From the NCBI RefSeq assembly GCF_002158865.1, contig NZ_CP021455.1, forward strand, positions 1,096,835-1,160,834: a DNA stretch of 64,000 nt, in the 5' to 3' direction. The stretch comes from Comamonas serinivorans. Lineage in GTDB: Bacteria > Pseudomonadota > Gammaproteobacteria > Burkholderiales > Burkholderiaceae_C. The notes under the pieces were generated by a model, which did not search any database, was not told the origin of the DNA, and worked only from the letters and a program-made list of their open reading frames with translations. Positions 40,829 through 49,372 of the stretch are shown here, piece by piece. The stretch's first letter is position 1, and each line of letters opens with the position of its first letter. The translations under genes were made by a program, and so were the position numbers.

Positions 40829-40934
40829 AGTTTGGCTTGCGGTGGCTGAGCCGTGGCGAGGCGCAGGCGCCCTCGACGCCAAGTGCTTGATCCGGCAAGG
40901 GTTTGCGCGGCTCGCCTGTTGATTTGGCGGGGCC

Positions 40935-40950
40935 TGGCACGCCGCGTGCA
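40935..40950 (+). promoter_or_regulatory. sigma-54 promoter P3 (rtcA)
   Basis: TGGCACGCCGCGTGCA has correct GG/GC spacing and lies 38 nt upstream of the rtcA ATG. Confidence 0.65.
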
Positions 40951-40987
40951 ACGAGGATGGCCACACACAACTCAACTGGGAGCACAC

Positions 40988-42193
40988 ATGCCAACCGACG
41001 ACCAGGTGGAGGCGAAGCCGCGTCACCGTGACCCAGCTCGCACGGCCACCGCCGCAGACACCAAAAGCGTGACCGGCGCAGCGCAGACGGGCCGTGGCGC
41101 AGCCATCGAGATCGATGGCTCGCAGGGCGAGGGCGGCGGGCAGATCCTGCGCACGGCGCTGGCCTTGTCCATGATCACCGGCCAGCCGCTGCACCTGCGC
41201 GCCATCCGCGCCAAGCGGCCCAAGCCCGGGCTCATGCGCCAGCACCTGATGTGCGTGCAGGCGGCCGCGCAGGTCAGCGGGGCCCACATCAGCGGGGCCG
41301 AGCTGGGGGCCACCGAGTTGCGCTTCGCGCCGGGCCCGGTGCGGGCGAGCGCCTACGAATTTGCCATGGCCAGCGCAGGCAGCTGCATGCTGGTGCTGCA
41401 GACCGTGCTGCCGGCGTTGATGCTGGCCGATGCCCCCAGCACGCTGGTGCTGCGGGGCGGCACGCACAACCCCATGGCGCCCAGCTTCCACTTTGTGCGC
41501 GATGCCTTTGCGCCGCTGGTGCAGCGCCTGGGCGCCGGCCTGACGCTGCAGCTGCAGCGGCTGGGCTTTTACCCCGCAGGCGGTGGCGAGGTCACGGCCA
41601 CCATCACGCCTGCGGCCCGCCTGACCCCGTTCGACCTGACCGAGCGTGGCGAGCTGCAGCAGGGCGATGCTCTGTGCCTGACGCCGGGGCTGTCGGGGTC
41701 GATCGCGCGCCGCGAGCTGACGGCGCTGGGCCAGGCCATGGGCTGGGGCGAGGACCGCTTGCGCTTTGGCGAGGCCAGGCAGCACGAGGGGCCGGGCAAT
41801 GCCTTGATCGCCCGCCTGCGCTACGCCCACGTGACCGAGGTGTTCGTCGAGCTTGGGGCCCGCAACCTGTCGTCGGAGCAGGTGGCCGGCAAGCTGGTGC
41901 AGGCCATCCGGGCGTTTCAACGCCGGCCAGGTGCCGCGGTGGGCCCACACTTGGCCGACCAGCTGGTGCTGCTGCAGGCCCTGGCCGTGTGGCAGGCCGG
42001 ACGGACCGGCAGCCAGGCGGATGCGCCCCACGCCGATGTGCCCCAGGCGGATGTGCCGCAAGCACGCTTCTCGTGCAGCGAGGTGACCGAGCACTTGCGC
42101 ACCAACTGCGTGGTGATCGAACGCTTTCTGCCCGTGCGCTGCACGCTGACCCAGGGCCCTGTGTCCCGGGTGACGGTGCGCTGGGCGGGGTGA
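40988..42193 (+). CDS. rtcA: RNA 3'-terminal phosphate cyclase RtcA
   Basis: IEIDGSQGEGGGQILRTALALS..TG.P..L..IRA.R..PGL..QHL. RBS GGGAG upstream of the ATG at 40988. N-terminal ~35-aa extension and a 15-nt x3 in-frame repeat near the C-terminus. Confidence 0.85.
   Translation: MPTDDQVEAKPRHRDPARTATAADTKSVTGAAQTGRGAAIEIDGSQGEGGGQILRTALALSMITGQPLHLRAIRAKRPKPGLMRQHLMCVQAAAQVSGAHISGAELGATELRFAPGPVRASAYEFAMASAGSCMLVLQTVLPALMLADAPSTLVLRGGTHNPMAPSFHFVRDAFAPLVQRLGAGLTLQLQRLGFYPAGGGEVTATITPAARLTPFDLTERGELQQGDALCLTPGLSGSIARRELTALGQAMGWGEDRLRFGEARQHEGPGNALIARLRYAHVTEVFVELGARNLSSEQVAGKLVQAIRAFQRRPGAAVGPHLADQLVLLQALAVWQAGRTGSQADAPHADVPQADVPQARFSCSEVTEHLRTNCVVIERFLPVRCTLTQGPVSRVTVRWAG
42017..42061 (+). 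repeat. 15-nt x3 in-frame tandem repeat inside rtcA
   Basis: GCGGATGCGCCCCAC / GCCGATGTGCCCCAG / GCGGATGTGCCGCAA, encoding ADAPH-ADVPQ-ADVPQ. Confidence 0.7.
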
Positions 42194-42365
42194 GTCCCGC
42201 GCGCCAGTCGGGGCACTGAGGCGGGCTGGCGGGGCCCCTGGCCTCGCCGGCCGGGCCCATGCCATCCCGCGCAAGGCCCGCCGGCGCCGAGGTGCCCGGC
42301 GCCGCGCAACGGACGATGCGCGGAGCTAGGGCCGGGGTGAGCGGGATGGGCGACAATCGCGCGCC

Positions 42366-43250
42366 ATGACTGCAGCCAACCCCTCTGCGGATTCGACCGT
42401 GAATTCCAACGCCTACATCCTGACCCTGTCTTGCCCCGACCGCACGGGCATCGTCCATGCCGTTTCGGGCTTTCTGCTGGAGCAGGGCGGCAACATCGAA
42501 GAAGCCGCGCAATTCAACGACCCGGGCACCGGCCTGTTCTTCATGCGCGTGCGTTTTGCCAGTGCCAGCGCGGACTACGAGGCCCTGCGCGCCAAGCTGA
42601 CCGACTTCGCCAAGCCGCTGGACATGAAGCTGCGCCTGTATTCGACCAGCGAGCCCATGCGCACGGTGATCTTCGTCAGCAAGGAAGGCCACTGCCTCAA
42701 CGACCTGCTGTTCCGCTGGAAGTCGGGCCTGCTGCCCATCGACATCCGCGCCATCGTCAGCAACCACCGCGACTTCTACCAGCTGGCCGCGAGCTACAAC
42801 ATCCCGTTCCACCACCTGCCCATGACCCGGGACAACAAGGCCGAGGTCGAGGCCAAGCAGTTCGAGATCATCAAGCAGGAAAGCGCCGACCTGGTGGTGC
42901 TGGCGCGCTACATGCAGATCCTGTCGGATGACCTGTGCCGCAAGCTGGCGGGGCGGGCCATCAACATCCACCACAGCTTCCTGCCCAGCTTCAAGGGCGC
43001 ACGCCCCTACTACCAGGCGCACGAGCGCGGGGTGAAGCTCATCGGCGCCACGGCGCACTACGTGACGGCCGACCTCGACGAGGGGCCCATCATCGAGCAG
43101 GACGTGGCGCGCGTGGACCACTCGCGCACCGTGGAAGACCTGACCGCCATCGGCCGCGACACCGAGAGCCAGGTGCTGGCCCGCGCCGTGAAGTGGCACA
43201 GCGAGCACCGCGTGCTGCTCAATGGCCACAAGACCGTGGTGTTCCGCTGA
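42366..43250 (+). CDS. purU: formyltetrahydrofolate deformylase
   Basis: ACT-like N-terminus (ILTLSCPDRTGIVHAVSGFL), then SNH.D......IPF.H......K, INIHHSFLPSFKGA.PY.QA, ATAHYVT..LDEGPIIEQ. Confidence 0.9.
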   Translation: MTAANPSADSTVNSNAYILTLSCPDRTGIVHAVSGFLLEQGGNIEEAAQFNDPGTGLFFMRVRFASASADYEALRAKLTDFAKPLDMKLRLYSTSEPMRTVIFVSKEGHCLNDLLFRWKSGLLPIDIRAIVSNHRDFYQLAASYNIPFHHLPMTRDNKAEVEAKQFEIIKQESADLVVLARYMQILSDDLCRKLAGRAINIHHSFLPSFKGARPYYQAHERGVKLIGATAHYVTADLDEGPIIEQDVARVDHSRTVEDLTAIGRDTESQVLARAVKWHSEHRVLLNGHKTVVFR

Positions 43251-43388
43251 GCGCCTGAACGGGCGTCGTTCGCGGGTTTTGGGGAGTGCGCCGGCACGCC
43301 GGATGCCGGGTGCTCAACGGGGCCTGCATCGCACGCCGCAGCGCCAGCGGTGCGTGTCGTGTCTGGACGAGGTTGATGGGTGTGTGAC

Positions 43389-43440
43389 GGGGTATTGGGT
43401 CAGCCCCGTTCATATATCAACGGCGAGTAAGCCATACCCC
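43389..43440. repeat. nested-palindrome repeat family, copy R17
   Basis: GGGGTATTGG ... GCCCCGTT-CATATATC-AACGGCGA ... GCCATACCCC. Confidence 0.85.
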
Positions 43441-43599
43441 TGATTGATTCGGGTGTGGCATTCACGCCATCCAGCGCCGAGGATGAGGCGCTCAAGAGGA
43501 GCACCACCACTGACGCCTGGCCACCCGCGCATCCCGCATGGCGGCGCGTGCAATCGGCCACGCGGCCACGCCGTCGACCTGCCGCGTTGGGCACGCGAC

Positions 43600-44067
43600 T
43601 CAGCGTGCGCTGGATTCGCCGGCCGCGGGCTGCACCGGCCTGGGGCTTGCGCTGTTGGCCGCCGGCACCACGGCAGGCTGCGCGGGCTTGCGTGCGGGTG
43701 CTGGGGCCGTCGCAGCGCGGGCGGCGGGGCGCGTGCCGCCAACCGGCAACTCGGCATACGGGCGCGACAAGCCGTTGGCCAGGCAGTTGCGCATGGCCTC
43801 GCGGCGCAGCTGCGTCGTGTGCTTGGTCGACTCCCCCTGCACGGCGTTCGAGCTGCGGCGGCAATCGCGCTCGATCGCGGCTTCGGCCTTGGCGCGTCGT
43901 TGCAGGCAGGCCTTGAACTCGCTGGGGCGCTGTTCGGCTGGCAGGGCTTGCAACTCGTGTTGGCACATCTGCATGCGCGTGGGCACGTGCCCGGCGGCGA
44001 CGCCGTCGGCCTGGGCGGCGGACCAGGGCAGCGTCAGGACCAACAGAAGCGGGGTGAGGGGTTTCAT
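43600..44067 (-). CDS. hypothetical secreted protein (Cys-containing, Pro/Ala-rich tail)
   Basis: Signal peptide MKPLTPLLLVLTLPWSAAQA, four Cys residues and a low-complexity C-terminus. Confidence 0.5.
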   Translation of the reverse strand: MKPLTPLLLVLTLPWSAAQADGVAAGHVPTRMQMCQHELQALPAEQRPSEFKACLQRRAKAEAAIERDCRRSSNAVQGESTKHTTQLRREAMRNCLANGLSRPYAELPVGGTRPAARAATAPAPARKPAQPAVVPAANSASPRPVQPAAGESSAR

Positions 44068-44729
44068 GGTGACCGCATTGTCTCCGAGTCCCTGGCCGGC
44101 CCGCGTGACGATGCTGGCCGGTGTGGCGTGATGGAAACGGTGCAGGCGGCGCCCGCGCGTGGCCTGTAGATCCAGTGCGAATGCGCGTCGCGGGTCGCTG
44201 CGTGCGCCTCATGCCGACACGCGCGGCCACACAGGCTGTGTGGCTTGTCCTGCGGCTTCAGAGCGCTCAGGTGCATGCGCCGACGCTGATCGCCGGCTTC
44301 CACCGCCTGCGGCTTGGCCCATGCCCCTTAGACCGCGTGGCGCCGATGTGGCCAGCCGTGGGCATTCGACTGGGCAGCCGTTGGCGAGCGGTGCTTGGCG
44401 CGCCGGATGCGATCGTGTGGCTGAGCAGGACCAGTTCGGCAAAGGCGAGTGGCTTGGCACGCCGGTTTGGCATGCTGATTTGCAAAACAGTTGTGAGCAC
44501 GCGCCTGGGGCCTGGCCCTGGGGCAAGATCGGGCGTTTGGCGCGCATGGCCGCGGCGCGTGGGCCCGTGCGGTCATCGCAATGGCTTCGCGGCCGGCTGG
44601 TGTGCCAGCGCGGCGTGGTTCGCTGGGACCGGCGAGGCTGGCGCGGGCAGGCTGCCTGCGACGCCTTGCACTACGTGCGACTTGCGCATGCGGCCGCAGG
44701 CGCGGGTGAATGGGACGAAGGATGTGGGC

Positions 44730-45134
44730 ATGCAGGCCTTGATGGGGTTGATGTGGTTGCTGGTGTTTCAGGCGGGGGGCGAGTTGCTGGCCCAGAGCCT
44801 GGGACTGGCCTTGCCGGGGGCGGTGCTGGGCATGGCCCTGCTGGTGGTGGCCTTGCGCTGGCGCGCGGTGCGCGAGCCGGTGGCGGCCTGTGCCGACTTC
44901 CTGCTCACGCACCTGTCGCTGCTGTTCGTACCGGCCGGCGTGGGGGTCCTGGCCCACATGGGGCTGGTGACGCAGCATGGCCTGGTGCTGCTGGTCATCC
45001 TGCTGGTGTCCACCGCCATCGGGCTGGTGGTGACTGCCGTGCTGCTGAACTGGCTCACGCGCCATGAAGCCGCTCCATCGGCCGTCCCGCCTGGCGCGGC
45101 GTCGCTCCCTTCGTCGACGGAGCAGGGCGGATGA
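44730..45134 (+). CDS. CidA/LrgA family holin-like protein
   Basis: 134 aa with four TM segments and an ATGA overlap with the following LrgB gene. The long 44121 start is an artefactual extension. Confidence 0.7.
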   Translation: MQALMGLMWLLVFQAGGELLAQSLGLALPGAVLGMALLVVALRWRAVREPVAACADFLLTHLSLLFVPAGVGVLAHMGLVTQHGLVLLVILLVSTAIGLVVTAVLLNWLTRHEAAPSAVPPGAASLPSSTEQGG

Positions 45135-45880
45135 CGGCGCTCTCTGCCTGGGCCGGCCAGGCCGCAGCGCTGTGGCACAGCTGGGCGGCCACGCCGCTGT
45201 TCGGGCTCACGCTCACGCTCATGGTGTACCTGGCGGTGCAAACCGTGTACCGGCGCCTGGGCAACCTGACCTGGGCCAACCCCGTGTTCTGGTCGGTGCT
45301 GGTGGTGGCCGTGGTGCTCAGCGTCACCGGCGTGCCCTATGCGCGCTATTTCGCCAGCGCGCAGTTCATCCACCTGTTGCTGGGCCCGGCCGTGGTGGCC
45401 ATGGCCTGGCCGCTGTGGCAGCGCCGCGCGGCCTTGCGCCAGCGCGGCGTCAAGCTGTTGGCCGTGGCGATGGTGGGCGGCGCATGCGCCGCCGGCTCGG
45501 CCGTGCTCATGGCCTGGTGGTGGGGGCTGCCGCGCGAGGTGATCCTCTCGCTGGCGCCCAAGTCGGTCACCACGCCGGTGGCCATGGGCGTGGCCGACGC
45601 GATCGGTGGCATCCCGGCCCTGTCGGCGGTGTTCGCGGTGCTGACCGGCATGATCGGCGCCATTGGCGGCAAGACCGTGTTTGCCCTGCTGCGCCTGCCG
45701 GCCACCAGCCGCGGCGACATGGTGCGCGGCTTTGCCATGGGCACGGCGGCGCATGGCATCGGCTCGGCGCGCGCGCTGCAGGTCAACGCCGAGGCGGGCG
45801 CCTACGCCGGCCTGGCCATGGGGCTGCAATCGCTGCTGGCGGCCCTGCTGATTCCGCTGCTGGTGCAACTGTGGCCGTGA
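45131..45880 (+). CDS. LrgB family protein
   Basis: SLAPKSVTTPVAMGVA...GG.PAL.AVFAVLTG..GA; MGTAAHGIG.ARA. Confidence 0.8.
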   Translation: MTALSAWAGQAAALWHSWAATPLFGLTLTLMVYLAVQTVYRRLGNLTWANPVFWSVLVVAVVLSVTGVPYARYFASAQFIHLLLGPAVVAMAWPLWQRRAALRQRGVKLLAVAMVGGACAAGSAVLMAWWWGLPREVILSLAPKSVTTPVAMGVADAIGGIPALSAVFAVLTGMIGAIGGKTVFALLRLPATSRGDMVRGFAMGTAAHGIGSARALQVNAEAGAYAGLAMGLQSLLAALLIPLLVQLWP

Positions 45881-46192
45881 AGGCGGGTGGTCGGGCGGCC
45901 AGGCGAGCGCGTTCACCGTGGCCGACGTGGCGCGCGGCCATGGCGTCTGCCCCACGCCACTGAACACCACGCCCGCAACCGGGGTGGTGCTTTGATGGCC
46001 CAGGGCGGCGCTGCGCGCAGCATGCGCTCTGCCGCGGTTCGCGTGGGATGCCGCGCCGCCACGAATGCAATTGAGAATGCATGGCATGTGCATGCAGAGC
46101 GCCAATCAGGGGACATTGCGCCGCCGCTTTGTGGACGGCCCTGGGGGCGGGGATACTCTGGGCATTCGGATGAACCCTGAGGAGAATCGACC

Positions 46193-46669
46193 ATGCAAGG
46201 CGACGCCCAAGTTGTGGACTGCCTGATCGCGCTGCTGCGCGGCGAGCTTGCCGCACGCGACCAGTATTTCGTGCATTCGCGCACCTACGAGGACCAGGGC
46301 TTCACCAAGCTCTACGAGCGCCTCAACCACGAAATGGAAGAGGAAACGCAGCACGCCGACGCCATCCTGCGCCGCATCCTCATGCTGGGGGCGCGACCCG
46401 ACATGCGGCCCACCGCCTTCGAGCCGGGCCTGACGGTGCCCGACATGCTGCGCAAGGACCTGGCCACCGAGTACGAGGTGCGCGCCAACCTGCAGGCCGG
46501 CATTGCGCTGTGCGAGGCGCAGCGTGACTTCGTCACGCGCGACATCCTGCTCGCGCAGCTCCGCGACACCGAGGAAGACCACGCTTACTGGCTCGAAAAG
46601 CAGCTCGGCCTGATCGACAAGGTGGGCCTGCAGAACTACCTGCAGTCGCAGACCAGCGCTGGCGTGTGA
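46193..46669 (+). CDS. bfr: bacterioferritin
   Basis: MQGD..V...LN.LL..EL.A..QYF.H.R....G...L......E...E..HAD........LG..P; 158 aa; E/H ferroxidase ligands. Confidence 0.9.
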   Translation: MQGDAQVVDCLIALLRGELAARDQYFVHSRTYEDQGFTKLYERLNHEMEEETQHADAILRRILMLGARPDMRPTAFEPGLTVPDMLRKDLATEYEVRANLQAGIALCEAQRDFVTRDILLAQLRDTEEDHAYWLEKQLGLIDKVGLQNYLQSQTSAGV

Positions 46670-46986
46670 CAGCGCGGCGGGCCTTGGCTGGCTCGGCCAG
46701 CGGGTGACTGGTTGGCGGCGGGGCTTTGTCCCTGACCGCGGGCACTCGACCTTGGCGCGCCGCCGTTCCCTCCACCCGTTCGCTTGTTCAGCGGTGCGCC
46801 ACAGCTGCCGGCGAACACGGTGTTGCCACCTCCGTCAAGGGCAGACTCACCGCCAACACCTCACAGCCCACACCAACCATCTGACCTGTGCAGCCCTTGG
46901 CCATCCGCCACCCGGTGGTTGACGAGCTGTCAGCGTTTGCAACCAGCCATGACACATGTGGGTGCAGTGTATGGCTTTAGGTGTGA

Positions 46987-47039
46987 CCAGTATGGGTTGA
47001 TTGTCGTTGTTCAAAAAACGGAAATGGCCGCATACTGGG
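46987..47039. repeat. nested-palindrome repeat family, copy R18
   Basis: CCAGTATGGG ... TTGTCGTT-GTTCAAAA-AACGGAAA ... GCATACTGGG. An extra half-arm GCAGTGTATGGC lies at ~46965. Confidence 0.85.
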
Positions 47040-47158
47040 TCAGCTGTTGAATGACCTGCGGCATGCCAGACGACCAACCGGTCCATCGCAGCCCGCGCGT
47101 GGGGCCACCCCAGGTGGTCATAATGGCCCCCGTCTCAACTGACCTGGATGCCCTTCGA

Positions 47159-47626
47159 ATGACCAAGTTCCATGTGCCCTTGCTCGCCGCCCTGATGGCC
47201 ACCGCGTTGACCGCCTGTGCGGGCAACCCCGGTGACAAGTCCGCCGCTGCCGCGCAGCCGCAGCCGGCCGCAGCGCCCGCCGCGCCGGGCAAGGCCGTGA
47301 CCACCGCGAGCGGCCTGACCTACCAGAGCCTGAAGGACGGCACGGGCGCATCGCCCAAGGCCACCAACACCGTGCGCGTGCACTACCACGGCACCCTGGC
47401 GGACGGCAAGGTCTTCGACAGCTCGGTGCAGCGCGGCCAGCCGGCCGAATTCCGCCTGAACCAGGTCATCCCCTGCTGGACCGAAGGCGTGCAGATGATG
47501 AAGGTCGGCGGCAAGGCCAAGCTGACCTGCCCGCCGCAGATCGCCTACGGTGCCCGCGGCGCCGGCGGCGTGATCCCGCCCAACGCCACGCTGACCTTCG
47601 AGGTCGAGTTGCTCGACGTCAAGTGA
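47159..47626 (+). CDS. FKBP-type peptidyl-prolyl cis-trans isomerase lipoprotein
   Basis: Lipobox ALTAC. V.VHYHGTL.DGKVFDSS..RG.PAEF.L..VIP.W.EG...MKVGGK..L..P...AYG..G.GG.IPPNATL.FEVELL. Confidence 0.85.
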   Translation: MTKFHVPLLAALMATALTACAGNPGDKSAAAAQPQPAAAPAAPGKAVTTASGLTYQSLKDGTGASPKATNTVRVHYHGTLADGKVFDSSVQRGQPAEFRLNQVIPCWTEGVQMMKVGGKAKLTCPPQIAYGARGAGGVIPPNATLTFEVELLDVK

Positions 47627-47657
47627 CGCCTGGCCTGCAAGCGGCAGGCCATGACAC

Positions 47658-47683
47658 AGCCGACCTCAGGGTCGGCTTTTTTG
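47658..47683 (+). terminator. Rho-independent terminator after the FKBP gene
   Basis: AGCCGACC-TCAG-GGTCGGCT followed by TTTTTT. A second hairpin GGCCTGC-AAGCG-GCAGGCC lies at 47632-47650. Confidence 0.8.
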
Positions 47684-47909
47684 TGGGCGAGCCGGGCGGT
47701 GACGCTGGCTTCGGGTGTGATGCGGTGAGCGCCCTGTGTCACCTCGCCCACGGCTTGCCATGGCGGTGCAGCGGGACTGACCCATCGGCGTCGGGGCTGC
47801 GGCCGTGAAGCGATGGCGGTTGCTGCACCACCGCCTGTGCGCCAGGGGGCGGCTGAGTGGCGGCCCGATGGCCCGGCGCGGGCGGGAACGGGGTTATCCT
47901 CCGCGTCCC

Positions 47910-49190
47910 ATGTCATTTCACTCTCTGGGCTTGAGCCCCGCGCTGGCGCGCGCCGCCGCCGACCTGGCCTTTGACCAGCCCACGCCGATTCAGGCCGAGG
48001 CGGTGCCCGTCATCCTGCGCGGGGCCGACCTGCTGGCGCGCGCGCAGACGGGCTCGGGCAAGACGGCGGCGTTTGCGCTGCCGCTGCTGCAGGCCTTCGA
48101 GATCTCGCCAGACCAGGGCCCGCGCCGCGTGCAGGCGCTGGTGCTGGCACCCACGCGCGAGCTGGCGGCCCAGATCGGCGAGACGCTGCGCAGCCTGGCG
48201 CGGCACCTGGCGCGGGCGCCGCGCATCGCGGTGGTGTTCGGCGGGGCGTCCATCAACCCCCAGATGATGCGGCTGCGCGGTGGCGCCGACATCGTGGTGG
48301 CCACGCCGGGGCGGCTGCTCGACCTGGTGGACCACAACGCGCTGCGTCTCGCCGAGGTGCGCACGCTGGTGCTCGACGAAGCCGACCGTTTGCTCGACCT
48401 GGGCTTTGCCGACGAGCTGGGCCGTGTGCTGGCGCTGTTGCCGGCGCGGCGGCAGAACCTGCTGTTCTCGGCCACGTATGGCGGCGCGGTGCAGGCGCTG
48501 GCCGAGCGCCTGTTGCACGAGCCGGTGCAGGTCACGATCGCAGCGCCTGCAGTGGCTGACGCGCTGGTGCAGCAACGCGCCATCGCCGTCGATGCGGCCC
48601 AGCGCGCACCGCTGTTGCGCCACCTGCTGCGCCATGCGGGCTGGAGCCGGGTGCTGGTGTTCGTGGCCACGCAACATGCGACGGAGCACCTGGCTGCCAA
48701 GCTGCGCAGCCACGGCATCGCCGCCGCGCCGCTGCACGGGCAATTGAGCCAAGGCGCACGCACGCAGGCGCTGGAGGCCTTCAAGGCCGCGCAGGTGCAG
48801 GTGCTGGTGGCCACCGACCTGGCCGCGCGCGGCATCGACATCGCCCAGCTGCCCGTGGTACTGAACTACGACCTGCCGCGCTCCACCGTCGACTACACGC
48901 ACCGCATCGGCCGCACCGCGCGGGCCGGGCAGGCCGGGCTGGCGGTGAGTTTCGTCAGCGCCGAGACCGAGGCCCATTTCGCGCTGATCGAAAAGCGCCA
49001 GGGCCTGAGCCTGACGCGCGAGCAGATTGCCGGCTTTGAACCCACGCAGACCGACGCGCTACCGCTGGCATTGGTCGATGGCACGGGCGGCATCAAGGGC
49101 AAGCGGCCGAGCAAGAAGGACAAGCTGCGGGCCGCCGCCGCCGCCGCAGCAGCAGCAGCCGCCGCCGACAGCCCGCACCAGGCGGACTGA
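47910..49190 (+). CDS. DEAD-box ATP-dependent RNA helicase (RhlE-like)
   Basis: Q-motif PTPIQ, AQTGSGKTAAF, PTRELA, DEAD, SAT, HGQLSQ, ARGIDI and HRIGRTARAG. Basic, Ala-rich C-terminal tail. Confidence 0.85.
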   Translation: MSFHSLGLSPALARAAADLAFDQPTPIQAEAVPVILRGADLLARAQTGSGKTAAFALPLLQAFEISPDQGPRRVQALVLAPTRELAAQIGETLRSLARHLARAPRIAVVFGGASINPQMMRLRGGADIVVATPGRLLDLVDHNALRLAEVRTLVLDEADRLLDLGFADELGRVLALLPARRQNLLFSATYGGAVQALAERLLHEPVQVTIAAPAVADALVQQRAIAVDAAQRAPLLRHLLRHAGWSRVLVFVATQHATEHLAAKLRSHGIAAAPLHGQLSQGARTQALEAFKAAQVQVLVATDLAARGIDIAQLPVVLNYDLPRSTVDYTHRIGRTARAGQAGLAVSFVSAETEAHFALIEKRQGLSLTREQIAGFEPTQTDALPLALVDGTGGIKGKRPSKKDKLRAAAAAAAAAAAADSPHQAD

Positions 49191-49251
49191 CGCGTAGCGA
49201 GCGTCAGGCCTGCGCGGGCCGGATGTCTGTGTCCAGGCTGGCGCATTGCAT

Positions 49252-49305
49252 GCCAGTATGGGGAAGATGCCGTTGTTAAAAAAACGGGAGGGGCTAGATA
49301 CTGCC
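49252..49305. repeat. nested-palindrome repeat family, copy R19
   Basis: GCCAGTATGGGG ... ATGCCGTT-GTTAAAAA-AACGGGAG ... CTAGATACTGCC. Confidence 0.85.
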
Positions 49306-49372
49306 TGCTCGCTGCGCCTGCGTGGCATCACGCCGTGCAGCGGTCCGGCGCTTGGCTTGCGATGGCGCCTCG

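Noticed and set aside
40601-40849. 82-aa ORF in the gap upstream of rtcA, as a possible small gene or rtcB remnant
   Set aside because: The first half has GC-rich third positions, but it has no RBS and no resemblance to RtcB or any family I recognise. It overlaps the candidate UAS for P3 and is left unannotated.
42194-42365. ZTP (pfl) riboswitch upstream of purU
   Set aside because: Neither the GGGTCGTGACTGGCG-like 5' core nor the CCGCCTGGGC 3' core is present.
44455-44484. Sigma-54 promoter-like TGGCAC...TTTG and TGGCAT-GCTGA-TTTGCA upstream of the first lrgA-like gene
   Set aside because: In both candidates the GC element is one nucleotide out of register with the GG element. Sigma-54 promoters tolerate essentially no spacing change.
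46063-46095. Fur box upstream of bfr
   Set aside because: This AT-richer patch carries a GAATGCA direct repeat, but it matches the 19-bp Fur consensus at only a few positions.
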